A stretch of 64,000 nucleotides of DNA, taken from Lama glama. Its lineage: Eukaryota. Shown in pieces: positions 49,055-63,157 of this stretch (position 1 is the stretch's first letter; each line of letters begins with the position of its first letter). Under the pieces are notes generated by a model that saw nothing but the letters and a program-made list of their open reading frames with translations, searched no databases and had not been told where the DNA came from. Both the position numbers and the translations under genes were made by a program. The stretch is from NCBI GenBank assembly GCA_028534125.1, contig CM052817.1, positions 98,334,001 to 98,398,000 of the forward strand, given 5' to 3'.

Positions 49055-52000
49055 TTTAAAGAAAATTTATGAATAGTTTTAAATTTAAAACAAAATTGAG
49101 AAGGAGGTACCAGAAATTTCCCATATATCTCCTCCCCACACTCAAGCATAGCCACCCCACAACCTCATTATCAGTATCACTCTCCAGGGTGATGCATTTG
49201 TTACTAAGGATAAACCTATATTGACACATCATAATCACTAAAGGCAATAGTTCACCTTACAGTTCACTCTTGGTGTTGCACATTCTATGAGTCTAGACAA
49301 ATGCATAATAACATTTATCCATCATTGCAGTATTGTATGAAATAGTTTTACTGTCCTAAAACTCCTCTCTGTGCATGCCAATTCATCCTTCCCACCCACC
49401 TCATCCCACCCCTGGCAATCACTGATTTTTTATTTTCTCCACAGTTTTGCCTTTTCTAGAATGTTAGATAGCTGGAATCATAAAGTATAAAGCCTTTTCA
49501 GATTGGCTTTTTCCACTTAATAATATGCATTTAAGTTTCCTCCATGTCTTTTTATGGCTTCAAAGCTCATTTATTCTTAGAGTTAAATAATATTTCATTG
49601 TCTGGATTTACCACAGTGTATTTATCAATTCATCTATTAAAGGATATTTTGACTGCATTCAAGCTTTGGCGATTAACTAAAAGCTGCTATAGATATCATA
49701 TGCAGGTTTTGTTTGGGTATAAATCTCATGTGGGTAAATACCAACAAGCATGATTGGTGGATTGTATAGTAAGAGTATGTTTAGTTTTGTAAGAATCCAC
49801 CAAACTGCCTTTCAAAACGGCCATCATTTGGCATTCCCACCAACAATGAATGATAGTTCCTATGGCTCCACATTGTCGCCAGTGTTTGGTGTTGTTGGTG
49901 CTCTGGATTTTGGCCATCCAAATAGGTGTGTAGCGGCATCTCTTTGTTGTTTTAATTTGCATTTCCCTGATGACAAATGACATGGAGCATCATTCTCTAC
50001 ACTTACTTGTGATCTATCTTCTTTGGTGAGTGTTGAGATCTTTGGCCCACATTTTAATCAAGTTGTTTGTTTTCTTACTGTTGAGTGTTAAGAGTTCCTT
50101 GTATATTTTGGATAACAGTCCTTTATCAGATATGTCTTCTGAAAATATTTTCTCTCAGTATGTGGCTTGTCTTCTCATTCTCTTGATATTGTCTTTCATA
50201 GAGCAAAAGCTTTAAAATTTTACTGTAGTCTGGGTTATTAATTATTTCTTTAATGAATCCTGTCTTTGGTGTTGTATCTAAACAGGCATCATCTAGGTTT
50301 TCTCCTACGTTACCTTCTAGGAGTTTGATAGTTTTGCGTTTATACTTATTCTGTGATTCATGTTGAGTCAATTTTTGTGAAATGTATAAAGTCTGTGTTT
50401 AGGTTAATTGTTTTACATGTGAATGCCCAACTGTTCTAGCACCATTTGTTAAAAAGACTATCTTTGCCCTATTGCATTGCCTTGGCTCCTTTGTCGAAGA
50501 CTGGTTAACTGTATTTATAGGGGTCTGTTTCTGAACTCCCTATTTTGTTCCACGACGTATTTGTATATTCTTTTGCCAATACTACACTGTCTTAATAATT
50601 GTAGCTTTATAGTAAGTCTTGAAGTCAGGTAGCATCAGTACTCCAACTCTGTTGTTCTTTTTCAGTATTGTGTTGGCTATTCTGGTCTTTTGCCTCTCCA
50701 TATAAACTTTAGAATCATTTTGTTGATATCCACAAAATAACTTGCTAAATTTTGAATGGGATTGTATTAAATCTATACATCAAGTAGGAAGAACTGACAT
50801 CTTTACAATAATGAGTCTTCCTATCCATCAACACATAATATCTATCCATTTATTTAGTTCTTCGATTTTGCTAATCAAGGTCTTGTAATTTCCCGCATAG
50901 AGATCATGTACATATTCTGATACCTTTATACATAAGTATTTTATATTGGGGGGGATAATGTAAATGTTAGTGTGTTTTTAATTTCAAAGTCCACTTGTTC
51001 ACCCTTGGTATATAGGAAATCAATTAACATTTATATATTATCTTTGTATCCTGCAACCTTGATATAAATACATCATTACTATGTCCCAACAGTTTTTTGT
51101 CAATTCTTTCAGATATTCTACATGGACAATCATGTAATCTACAAACAAAGATAATTTTATTTCTTCCTTCCCAATCTGTATGCCTTTATTTCCTCTTCTT
51201 CCTTTGTTGTGTTAGCAAGAATTTCCAGCATGATGTTGAAAAGGAGTGGTGACAGGATATCCTTGCCTTGTATCTGATCTTAGAGGAAAAGCTTCTGGTT
51301 ACTCACAATTAAGTATGATGCTAGCTACAGGTTTTTTAAGATAATCTTCCTCAAGTTGTGGAAGTACTTCTCTATTTCTTGTTTACCGAGAGTTTTTATT
51401 ATGAATGGGTGTTGGATTTTGTCAATTGCTTTTTCTGCACTTAGTGATATGAACATGTGATTTTTCATTTTTAGCCTACTGATGTGATAGCTTATATTAA
51501 TTGATTTTTGAAAATTGAAACAGCCTTGCAAACCTGGGATAAATCCCACTTGGTTATGGTATATAACTCTTTTTATGTTTTTTAGGATTCAATTCGCTAC
51601 TATTTTATAGAGGATTTTTGTTTTTATATTCATAAGAGATACTGGTTTGTAGTTTTCTTATATTGTCTTCGCTTAATTTTGGTATTAGGGCAATGATAGC
51701 CACATAGAATGAGTAAAGAAGTATTCCCTCTGTATCTATATATTGGAAAAAGATGGTAGAAAATTGGTATAATTTCTTCCTTTAATGTTTGATAGAATTC
51801 ACCAGTGAACCCATCTGGGCCCAGTGCTTTCTGTTTTGGAAGGTTATTAATTTTGGATTCAATTTTATTAATAGATATAGACCTATTCACATTGTCTATT
51901 TCTTCTTGAGAGAGTTTTAGAAGATTCTGTCTTTCAAGGAATTGGTCCATTGTATCTAAGTTAACAAATATGTGAGCATAAAAAGTTGTGCATAGATGTG

Positions 52001-55000
52001 TTTATCATCATTTTAATATCCATAGGGTCTTTAGCAATGTCCCCTTTTTCATTTCTGATATTAATAATTTGTGCCCTCTTTCATTTCTTCTTAGTCAGTT
52101 TGGCTAAGGCTTATCAATTTTACTGATCTTTTCAAAAGACCACATGTTGGACTCATTGATTTTTCTCTATTGATTTCCTGTTTTCAATTTCATCTATTTC
52201 TGCTCTTATTCTTTCTTTTCACTTATTTTGGATTAACTTTTTCTTCTTTATCAAGTTTCTTCAAGTGAAAACTTAAATTACTGATTTTAGATCTACCTTT
52301 CTTCCTTTCTAATATATACCTTCAGTGCTATAAATTTCCCTCTAAACTGCTTTTTCTGCATCCCACAAATTTTGATAAGTTGTATATTCATTTTCATTTA
52401 GTTCAAAATGTTTTCAGTTTCTCTTTAGATGTCTTCTGTGACTCACATGTTATTTAGAAATCTGTTGTTTAACCCCCATGTATTTTGGGATTTTCCAGTT
52501 ATCTTTCTGTTACTGATTTCCTGTTTAACTTCACTGTGGTTTGAGAGTAGACATTGTATGGTGTCCAATATTTTAAATTTGTTAAGGTGTATTTATGGCT
52601 CAGAGTATGGCCCATCTTGGTAAATGTTGCTTGTGACATTAAGAAAAATATGTATTCTACTGCTGTTGGATAAAGTAATTTAGAGAGGTCAGTTATATCC
52701 AGTTGACTGGTGATACTGTTGAGGTCAACTATGTGTACTACTCTGCTTCCTTGACCTGTCTATTTCTTGTAGTGGAGCACTGAAGTCTCCAACTGTGACA
52801 GTGGATTCATCTGTTTCTCCTTGCAGGTCCATCAGTTTTTGCTTCACATAGTTTGATGTTATGTTAGGCACATACACAACTAGAACTGTTAATGTCTTCT
52901 TGGAGAACTGACCCCTTTATCATTATGTAATGCACTTCTTCATCCTTGATAATTTTCCTTAATTTGAAGTCTGCTTTGTCTGAAATTAATACAGATACTC
53001 TTGCTTTCATTTGATTAGTATTAACATGATGCATTTTTCTCCATCCATTTAATTTTAATCTAGATATGTCTTTATATTTAAAATGGTTTTCATGTAGACA
53101 ACATATAATTGGATTGTGTCTTTTGCTCTAATCTGACAATGTCTATCTTTTAATTGGTGCCTTTATATCATTTAACATTCAAAGTGATTACTGATACAGC
53201 TGGATTCATATCTACTATATCCAATAGTGTTTTTTGTTGTTTTCCTTGTACTTTGTTTTTGTTTTTATCTCATACTTTTTTTCTGCTTTTTGTAGTTTTA
53301 ATTGAGCATTTTATATGATTTAATTTTCATTTATTTCATAGCATATCTATTATAATTTTTTTTTAAATACTTGCCCTAGAGTTCACAGTACATGTTTACA
53401 GCTAATCTAAATCCACTTTCAAATAACACTATCTTACTTCATGGGTAATGCGAATACTTCACAATAACAAAATAATCCTAATTTCTACCTCTCATCCCTT
53501 GTATAATTGTTGTCATTACTTCACTTATTTATAAGCATACATATATTAGCATATATAATTATACATAAGCTATATATGTATATTATAATTGAGCATATTG
53601 TTAGTATTATTTTGAATAAATTGTTATCTGTAAATGTTAGCAGTAAGAAAAATAAATATTTTATTTATTCTTATTTCTTCTATTATATTTTATTTCCTCT
53701 TCTGTGCTTTTCTTTACTTCATATAGTCTGAGTTTCTGACCTATATTATTTACTCTAAAATACTCTCTCTAAAAAACTTCCTTTAGCAGTTTTTTGCAAG
53801 GCAGATCTACTGGCAACAAATTGCTTCAATTTCTATTTGTCTGAGAAAGCCTTCACTTTTGAAGGATAATTTTTGCAAGGTACAGAATTACAGGTTGGTG
53901 GTCTGTTTCTCAATACTTTAACTATTTCATGCCATTCTTCATTCCTGTACAATTTTGGATAAGTCAAATGTAATTCTTATTTTTTTTCTCTACAAGCAAG
54001 GTGTTTCTTTCAGAATTTTTTTATCTTTAATTTTCTGTAATTTGATGATATGCCTAGGTGTAGTTTTTTGGAATTTATTCTGCTTGGTGTTCTCTGGACT
54101 TCCTAGATCTTTGGTTTGGTGTCTGACATTAATTTGGGGAAATTCTCAGTCATTATTGTTATAAATATTTCTTCTGCTCCTTTCTCTCTTTCTTCTCCCT
54201 CTGGTATTCCCATTATACATATGTTATTCCTTCTGTAATTGCCCTACCGGCCCTGGACGTTTTGTTCTTTTTTTTTTTTTCTTTTTTTTTTTTTTAGTCT
54301 TCGCTCGCTTTGATTTTCAGTGTTCAAGGATTCCATTGATACATTTTCTAACTCAGAGAATCTTTCCTCAGCCATGTCCAATCTACTAATAAGCCCATCA
54401 AAGGCATTCTTCATTTCTGTTACAGTGTTTTTTTATCATTAGCATTTCTTTTTGGTTCTTTCTTAGGGTTTCCATCTCTCTGCCTACATTGTCCACCTGT
54501 ATCTTGTATGTAGTCTATTTTATCCACAATTAGCATAGTAATCATAGTTGTTTTAAATCCTCAGTCTGATAATTCCAACATCACTGCCATGTCTGTTCTG
54601 ATGTTTGCTTTGTCTTTATAAACTGTGTTTTAGAATACATTGTAATTTTTCCTTGACAGCCAGACATGATATACTAGGTAAAAGGAACTGGTATAAAAAA
54701 GCCTTTAGTAATATGGTGATAAGGTGTTGAGGGAGAGAAAGTGTTCTAAAGCCTTATGATTAAGTCTTAGTCTCTTAGTGAGCTTATGTCTCTGAACTGT
54801 GAACTTCACAAGTATTTTTGTTTTATTCTCTCCTCTTGGGTGGGAGAAGGTGGTCAGAGTGGACTGGAGTTGAGTTTTTCTCTTTCCCAGGTTCATTAGG
54901 CTCTGATAATACCTAGCAGGTTAAGCTCTGGTTAATTACTTTCCCCTGAAGGCAAGCCTTGTTAAGAAGAATGGAGTGCTCTGGCATATTTCAAAATGGT

Positions 55001-55398
55001 TCATTTTCTCATATTTATTGTGGGAATCTGGTTGAGCTCCTGGTTGTCAATATCACAGAATTATGGAGGACCCACTATGACCTGCTCCTCCTTGAATGTT
55101 TAACTCTCAGAGTTGTCCACATTGAGCCTCCAGCAATTCATCAATTACAGTTCATTTTTCCTACCCCAGGACTGGTTCTCCCATCAGTTCCTGCTCCTGA
55201 GTCTCTGCTCTGGTAACCTGTATTTTCCTGTATTTGCATGCCTATGTCTCCAATCTTGACAGCAGCATTTTGTCCTGTGTTCTTCCCTCTCTCATAGAAC
55301 CAAGAAGAGCTGTTGATTTTTCAGTCTGTTTAGCTTTTTTACTGTTAAGATGGAGTAGTGACTTCCAAGCTCCTTACATGTGGAAGCAGAAACCAGAA
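49055..55398 (-). mobile_element. Near full-length decayed L1 (L1MC1/2-like, about 6.3 kb)
   Basis: 3' UTR at about 49055-49750. ORF2 remnants appear in track ORFs 51630..51950 (KALGPDGFTGEFYQTLKEEIIP), 51325..51549 (GFIPGLQG...AEKAIDKIQHPF) and 49726..49983 (REMQIKTT). Endonuclease region to about 53200, ORF1 about 53750-54600, 5' region to about 55400. Many stops and frameshifts. Confidence 0.92.
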
Positions 55399-55559
55399 TC
55401 CTTTACTCATTTTTTCATAAAATAACTGGCTGTAATAGCCATCCTAATCTTAAGCAATACTAAATTCATTGAATATAATGAAAATCAAGATCTCTGAAAG
55501 TTAAGATACAAATTAGGAAACTTGTTCTGTGCATAGAATTTCAACACTAATAAGCAACA

Positions 55560-56010
55560 TGTAATGGATATCTGTTGTTTAGTCTGCTCAGTGTCCATTA
55601 TTATTCTTTTGTTATCAATATGCAGTTTTCCTTCAGGAAGCTACCCATCCCCTTAATGGATATAGCTTCTCTGCAACTCTCAAGCAAATTCTGTCCTTTC
55701 TGTCCTCCCATGGCAAAGTGCTGGACACATAACTCAACCTAAACCAATCAGGTGCTCTCTCAGAATTTGAATTTAAAGCTTAATAACAAAGTCTTAAAGT
55801 GATAGCAGTTTATCTAGCACTCAGAAGTAAACAGAGATTGCCCCTTATTTTTTGCTCTCTAGATCTCTGGAGCAGCTCTGGTTCATGTTCTAATGGAAAT
55901 CTGATTCTTTAGCTATCTTTCTTCTATCTTTCCTTTAAATTTCTTTCTTTTTCTTTTTTTCTTTTTTTTTTTTGCTTTGGTCAGCCAGAATGATTGCTTA
56001 TAAGCACAAG
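55560..56010 (+). mobile_element. Old ERVL/MaLR-type LTR
   Basis: tgtaatggatatctgttgtt...ggacacataactcaacctaaaccaatcagg...tttgctttggtcagccagaat. Confidence 0.55.
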
Positions 56011-56190
56011 ATCTTTTATAAATTAATCAAAATAAACAATATGTCAGCTTAAGATGCAACGAGATTCAGCAAGAAAAATCTGGTCTACTTTTGGTGTCCA
56101 TAGGTAATTATTTGTAAATTATATATAAATTTCCAGTGGTTAAATTAATTTCAAACCTAAAATCAAACCAGAAATGACAGCATCACTTAC

Positions 56191-56335
56191 ATTTTTTTCT
56201 GTCCATCCATTCCTCTAGCTCTGCAAGGTTTATAATTTGTCTTGTCCTCCAAAGACCAAGTCGATATTTAACACGGTAGATTAGTCTGCAATACTTGTTT
56301 ATAACTGCTCTCAAATTTGGTCCATGATACAAAGC
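56191..56335 (-). CDS. IQCM: Internal coding exon of IQ motif-containing protein M (145 nt, phase 0 to 1)
   Basis: On the minus strand the acceptor is ttctgttttatag|GCT and the donor is AAA T|gtaagt. The open frame reads ALYHGPNLRAVINKYCRLIYRVKYRLGLWRTRQIINLAELEEWMDRKK, matching my recollection of human IQCM (ALDHGPDMKAVINMY...GLWRTRQIINLAELEEWMDRKK). The phase fits the next exon. Not in the ORF track. Confidence 0.9.
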
Positions 56336-57229
56336 CTATAAAACAGAAGTATGGTCAGCTGAACTCCATATATATTTCTCCTATGTAAATTTAATCTTAT
56401 TTTGCGCCTTTCATTTCATCTATCTCACCCAGTTTCTTAGATTACAGATGTATTTATCTATGTTTCTAAGCTAGGCTGGTTAAATATATGCATTATAGAG
56501 TGGGATAATCTCCCTGAAGTTCAGAGAGTTTCAATGTTGAGTTGCTCTGTCATCACATACTCATACTTCTTGTAGAGTAGAGGTTTCAATAATAAACTTT
56601 TATAGAAGCTTCCTAGGTTGGTATCCAGATTTCTATAATATGTAGCCCACTTAGCCAGAAAAAAAAAATCTGGTAAGGCATTATTCTGTAATGGATGATT
56701 CTTGCCTAAGCTATCCACTCTGAGAGCTCAAATTCTTGTATTTTCTTTTGAAAATACTATATGTATGTCTTTTACGTATTTTCCACTGAATTTTTTCACT
56801 TTTTACTTCCTGATTTCTAGAACTCTGAATATTAAAGAAATTAATCCTTTTCAGCATATGCGCAAATTTTATCAGTTTACTTTTCATCTGTGACTTTATT
56901 TTTTCTGCATATGCATTTTCTACATTCTACTACAGTAGACTTTTAAAAATTAAAGTATAAAAATTCACCTATTGCAGGCTTGTTTTCTTTTCTAAAGAGC
57001 CAGTTCCATTTTATTTATCAATTTAATTATTTTTACATTTTACATTTTCTAGCTCATTAATTTCTCTACTTATCTTTTTTAATTCCTTTAGATTTATTTC
57101 CCCTCCTTGACTTCTTAAAGATTTAAATTATCTATTTTCATTTTGCTTGGAATGTAGTTAAGTTTATGAATTTTCCTCTGAGTCAGCTTTCCTTTCATGT
57201 GTTTTGCATACCATTATACAAGTAAAAAA

Positions 57230-57355
57230 AAAAACTGAAGCATAAAATCTTTAAATAACTTTCCCAAGGTCTTATAGTTAGTAAGTTGCAGAAAGTTCTG
57301 AAATCAAAACAAGGACACTCCAGAACCCACACTTATAACTACACACTATATTCCT
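57230..57355 (-). mobile_element. MIR fragment
   Basis: aactgaagca...aataactttcccaaggtcttatagttagtaagt...ctccagaaccca. Confidence 0.7.
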
Positions 57356-57789
57356 CTTAATTTACTTGCATTTTATATTTTTCACCCATTCTGTAAATTT
57401 TTGTTTTGGTTTATTCCCTAGTATATTTATTTTTATAACACTTATGAGTGTTCTTGCTCTTGACATTTATTTTCTGTTTTGTATGATTCTTTAAAGGTTG
57501 TTTCTGTCATTTTATTTTTCTTTGTCTTTGCTTAATTTTGTGGTTCTTCTCTGAAATTTTAAAATGTAATGTTTCAGTCTATATTTCTTAATGTATTGAT
57601 ATTATCAATGAAATAATATTTCTTATTTTGCCTGAATGAAAAAAATAAATTAGCACAATTTCACTACTTCCCTCTTCTCCTTTATCCCTCCATCTGAATT
57701 CCATCAGAATCAGGCAGATTCTGAATGTTTGCTAATGTCTTTCAATATTCAATAACAGTTTATAATGTGTATTTTTAATCTGCCTTTTG

Positions 57790-58312
57790 TCCAGTAGACT
57801 CTTGTTGTTTTGTTTTGTTTTAAATAATGGATTGTTCACACTTTTGGAGCATTCCCCACTGTATGATTCTTAGTAGGAGGCAGAACTCACCTCCTACAAT
57901 TTGAAGCCACAAATCAGATGCTTATGACCCACGCCTCCTCTGTTGCTAGGATGCAGACATGTGACAAAGCTTCATCCATTATCCACACCAGCATCAGGCT
58001 TTGAATCGAAACTAATAATGCTTTTAAAAGTGAAACAGTGGGAAATCTATTTGTGTGGCAGAGTAACCGTGGAGCAATAATCTACTTTTCAAGGGTAGCA
58101 TTTGTGAAGGCAGTAATACCCAGGATTCAGCATCTGCATCAGACTCTGTGCAGGATTTGGCTAGAGTCCTGGGCGCTATCTAGGCTAGGCTTCATCATTC
58201 CCTTCATGCTTCTGAGCTTAGTTCTTCAGGCCTCTGCCCAATATTCTACTCAGTGCCTTTCTGCTTAAATCTGTCAGTAGGTTTCTTTTGCTTATAATTA
58301 AGAATCAAACAC
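57790..58312 (+). mobile_element. Old ERVL/MaLR-type LTR
   Basis: ttgctaggatgcagacatgtgac...ctttctgcttaaatctgtcagtaggtttcttttgcttataattaagaa. Confidence 0.55.
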
Positions 58313-59099
58313 TGTTTTAATTGTATCCTTAGAATATGAGCCAAAAGATTCCAGCTTAGAATGCTGCTTAGTGGAATAATGACATTTGCTAAGAGAGCAA
58401 GGACACTAGGCAGCAACCAAAACCAATCTGAGTGTTTTCCCAACAAATTTAATAAATCCTTTTTTGTGGACACACCTTATGAAGAACCCTTCTTAGATCC
58501 GAGGCATTCGGAAAGTGACCTAGGAGTTTTCCACGGTTAAGAAGTTGGGTGAGAGAAAATTGCAATGGTCCCTCTTTGTGGTTACTACAGCATGCCTCTC
58601 CACCAGTCTTCCATATGGAAATATGCCTCAGTTGTGATGGTATGTACATCTTTGTATGTAAGTTTTCCCCCATATTTCTAAGTGCTTCTCAAGATAGAAT
58701 TAAATCCGAAAAAATGTACAGATTGATATTTACAACAGCAATATTAGAATAAAAGACTCATAAATTACTGATTATAATTTTCCAATTCATGTTGACTTAA
58801 AAGGAAAAACGTATCATACTTACACATCAGGATTTAAACTTTTTTTTCCAATATGCATTTCAAGTTTGCTTTTTATTTGGTATGGTCATATCTTTCTTTT
58901 TTAAATAATGAATGATTTGCTTGTTTGGAGAAGTCCACTACTACATGATGCTTAGTGGGACTTAATTTCTTTGATTACTAGCAAGAGTAGCCTCTTTTCA
59001 TGTTTACTAGCCATTTATGTTTCTCCTACTGTGAAGTACTGGTTCATATCTTCTACCTATTTTGCTTAGGACTTCATTCCTAGCAGCACTGGAAATCAT

Positions 59100-60330
59100 G
59101 GACCCAACTCTCTTCTTGTACTGTGTCTGAACTTCCTTGATCTAGCATATTCTGGTTTTCTTCGTATCTCTCTAGCTTTTGCTTCATTGTTTGTGGAATC
59201 CTCACCTCTGCCTGCCCTCTGAGATTGGTCTTTCTCACTCTTACCTTTACATGCTTCTCTCCTTACTCTATAGACTCTATCTGGACAATGACATCAATTC
59301 CAGTGGCTCCAGATAGTATCACTAATAATGATTCTCAAATCTATGGATGAGGGTAGAGTACAGGAGGGCATCTTTGGTCAGGGAGCCAAAACAAAATGTC
59401 CAGAAGAAGATTTTCCAAATTTCACATCCTCTCTTCCCAATATGTTATTTATTACACATCATCCATCATGTTGAAAATAATTTATTCAAAAACATGTGCC
59501 AGAAATATTCTAGTCTTTGTGGATAAATTAGTGAACAGGAAAGACAAAATCCCTGTCTCAGTGTATTACATTCTGATGGAAGGAATAACACAGTCAACAA
59601 ATAGGTATGTATTTGGCAGTAAGTGGTATGAAGAGCAATAAAGTGTTTTAAATGGAATAGGGAGAAACGAGGGTAGGTATTATTTTTTATAGGGTAGTAC
59701 GGGGCAGGCTCTTTCATAGTGTGACAATGAACAGACACATGAATGAAGTAAAGGAGCCATTTAGTCACCTGGGGAAAGAGATTTCTCAGAGATAAAATAA
59801 GAACTATTGCCAAATTGAACTATTTTTATGAGTGAGAGAGTTTTACATTCTTTTTCAGGTGTGTTAAGGTGAAAAGAGTTTAAGAACAATTACTGAATCC
59901 CAAATGTTTCCTTTTGGCCCCATCTTCCTTCTAAACTTTAGACTCACATATTCAATTGCATCCCAGACATTTCAAGGATGTTCCACAGGCACATTAAACT
60001 CAGGCTTAAAACCTAAACTCTATCTCCTTTTCTTTCCTCCCCCCCTTCTCTTATTCACTCTTCCTCTTAAGTTCTGTATTTCACAACCATCCATCAAGTT
60101 GCCCAAGGCAAAAACCTAGGAACCATTCTTGATTCCTCCCTCTCCTTTATCTCCAAATCCAATTAAATCCAATGTTCTATCTACTGTCCATTTCTCCAGT
60201 CCTACCCCAAGCCAATACTATTATGTACTGAACTACTGAAAAAGCATACTAGTTGTTCTTTCTCTAATTTTGTCACACTCTTTCCCCAATTCACTGTCCA
60301 GAGTCAGTAATTTTTAGAAGCATAACATTG
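59100..60330. mobile_element. Cluster of L2 fragments (+ 59100-59345, - 59470-59810, + 59890-60330)
   Basis: + motifs gactcacatattcaattgc and aaaacctaggaaccattcttgattcctccctctc; - motif gtgaacaggaaagacaaaatccctgtctc. Confidence 0.7.
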
Positions 60331-61314
60331 AGGTAAACACTGTTTTTGTGTCTATGTTTTTTTCTGGATCATATTAACTTAAAGCAGAACATATGCAAAC
60401 AAACAACATAAAAACTTTAAAAGGAAAAGAATATTTCGAATGGTGGAAATAAATAATGCTGATAGTTAAATGGAGCAATCTCTGCAGTCTCCTTATGACT
60501 GATATAACTCAATGTTACTTAATTATTTCTAAATAAACCCAAACTGGAGCATTTCACAGGAAATGGTGAAAACTGTATAGTCTCTTGAGTTTTCTTAGAG
60601 TGACTGACATTCTAGCAGGTGCCGTCTCCAGCCACAAGCCCTCGAGTGCCAACCAAACAGTAAGACTATGGAAGTGTCCTGGTGGAGGGATGGCTACAGT
60701 GCTGACAGCTACCCAGTGGTTTGTTGTGCAGCCTCTAGAGCAGAAAGTCTATCAAGAATTCCCCCAACAGCACCTCTGCACACAGGCTCAGTCTGAAACC
60801 AGACCACACGTGCATCACAGGCCTGCCCCACTAGCATTTTGACAACAAGCACAACAACATTAACCGTATCAACAGAGCAGCTGTCCAACATACAAGGCAG
60901 CATGCCGATGGCGGAATGAAAAAGAAAATCCATGATCATAATACGTTTTTTAACCAAATCAAAGGCAACAATCCACATTTGCTCTGACTCTTTGATAGTG
61001 CTTCTTATTCTTTTCATCTCAAATTCTACCTCTGCCTAGAAAGTCAGCATTTTCCTTGTTGAGCTCCCTTTTCACTGTCATCTTGGACCCACTCTTACTT
61101 TCCAAGTTTTCTAGATCCAGAAGTTTTTGTCCCAGAAGTTACGGATGATGCTACAATTCTCTCCAATATCAGAAAATACTATAATTAAGTTAAATTATAT
61201 TATATATATGATATGTATATATGACATATATTATATGCCTCTATATATTTATATATATGACATATGTGAATCATTAGAGTGATCTGATAAACTTCCATAA
61301 CTATATTTTGCTGA

Positions 61315-62430
61315 ATTAATTCAAAAGACATTTGTTGAATTATCACATGCCAAGCACTATTCTAGGCATTTGAACACAGTAGCGAACAAGACAGAAAACA
61401 ATATAAACATACACAGACAAGTAAATAAACAAGAAAAACAGCAGATAGTGAGTGAAGATAGTTAAAATGAGAGAGATTGTATGTGTCAAAACAGTATGTG
61501 GTACCATAAATATAAAAATAAAGAGCAGGTACTCCCAAATAGGTCACATAAATTGTATTGCTCATGACAAACATGTAAACAAAAGGTCAAAATGCAGAGG
61601 AGTGGGCAAATTATTGACCAGAAATGGAGAGATCAACTCTGCTTGATGGACCAGAAAGCATATCTGGGTGTGTATACATAAGGAAGAGCTTAAAGAATGA
61701 GTTGGAGTTTGTCAGAAAATTAGGGAGGAAGAGTATTCCAGACTAAGAGAACAGCATAAAGATTCATAAAATAATAGGAAACAGTCAGGGAATAGAAGGA
61801 TTTGGGCTTTGCTAGAGCCCAGGATATTAGTGAAGAAGTGCCATGTGACGAAGCTGGACAGCGGGCAAGAGCCAGGCCAAGGAGGCCACATGTACTATGT
61901 TAGAGAATTCATATTTTATCCAATTAGCAACACGGAACCATCAAAAGATTATAAGGCATGAAATAAGGAAGTCAGAGTGGAGCTTCCTCTGCATATGACA
62001 GATCAGATGGGAGGAGGCCTACACGCAGGTAGACAACAAGGAGACCACTGCAGTTCTCCATGTGAGGGGTGATGGATAGAAGCTCTGGCAAGAAGCACAG
62101 AGGGGAAGAGTGGCACAAGAAATGTTATGGAAGTGGTAACCAATTGAACAGGGGTTGAGAAAGCTGAAGGGGTCTAAGAAAATTCCAGGTGAACAGCTTG
62201 GACGATGGGTGGTGGCACAGTTCAACAATATAAGTAGTGCAGGAAAGGAAGAGCTCTGTGGAATAAGAAAATGGTTCACGTAAGGCTATGTGGAGTTTGA
62301 TTTAACTATGGACCTTTCCAATGGGCAACTTAACGCCTGGATCTAGAACTAGAGAGGCAGGTCTGGGATATGGCTTTAGATTAGATTAGGGAGCAATTAG
62401 TCATCAAATAGTTCAAGTCAATGATATAAT
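61315..62430 (-). mobile_element. LINE-2 fragments
   Basis: catttgttgaattatcacatgccaagcactattctaggca...gaacaagacaga; gagcttaaagaatgagttggagtttgtcag; ctagagaggcaggtctggg. Confidence 0.75.
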
Positions 62431-62431
62431 A

Positions 62432-62570
62432 TGTAGACTAAGCATGGGCTTTGAAGTCAGACAGACATGGGTTTGAATTCTAGCTCAGTCCCTTACCAGC
62501 AGTGCAACTTTGGGCAAATGACCTAGTTTCTCTGAGCTTTAGTTTCTTCATCTATAAAATGAACACAGCA
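62432..62570 (+). mobile_element. MIR SINE
   Basis: agcatgggctttgaagtcagacagacatgggtttgaattctagctc...ttgggcaaatgacc...tagtttcttcatctataaaatg. Confidence 0.85.
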
Positions 62571-63157
62571 GCTCCACACAGAATTTCTGATCTATTCTTC
62601 AATTTCTAGTTTTTTTTTTCCAAATTCCTATATTAGTAGTACAACTTTAGCCCTCAAGGTAAGAACATTTTTTTAATTTCCTCGAAGATTTGCCAAAATC
62701 CATCCCCTCAGGTTCTTCTGTATTTGCCCAACCAGTACAGGTCCTTGTGATTTATTCTGAAAGTCAGGATTGCTATTTACAAAAGTTTCTCAGGTGGATG
62801 TGTGGAAATGTGTATAATTTCTTTTTAAGGTGAACGTTTAAATTCTGCGAGAGTACCCAGGAGTGTGGGAAGTGGAGGAAAGTTGCTTTAAACAGAGGAT
62901 AAGCCAATAGCACAGAAGAAACAAAATCAGTGCAAAGATAGATGGCCCCAGCCTTAGAGTAAAAGGAGACCCAAAACTTGGGTTAAGGATAAGCCAGGCA
63001 TTTGTTCAGTCTCTAATCTGACACAATCTGAAATTGTCACAAGAAAAGATTATTCATAACGTTTTCTTAAACCAAAAAGTGTAGACAGAACTTTATTGAG
63101 AAAAATTATGGATATATTGACCAGGTGACTATCCACATTCAGCTTAACTGAATTAAA

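Larger units (their letters stand above)
46985..56190 (-). other. IQCM: IQCM intron (GT-AG, about 9.2 kb), mostly filled by an L1
   Basis: Bounded by gtaagt at 56190 and polypyrimidine+AG at 46985; splicing preserves the reading frame. Confidence 0.85.

Noticed and set aside
49726..51950. Track ORFs with RT-like peptides as a functional gene
   Set aside because: They are disrupted fragments of the decayed L1 ORF2.
58476..58519. Possible 44-nt exon GHFPNASDLRRVLHK echoing the GHFP motif
   Set aside because: Weak acceptor and donor (gtgtgt), no match to remembered IQCM sequence, and the length would shift frame; probably chance.
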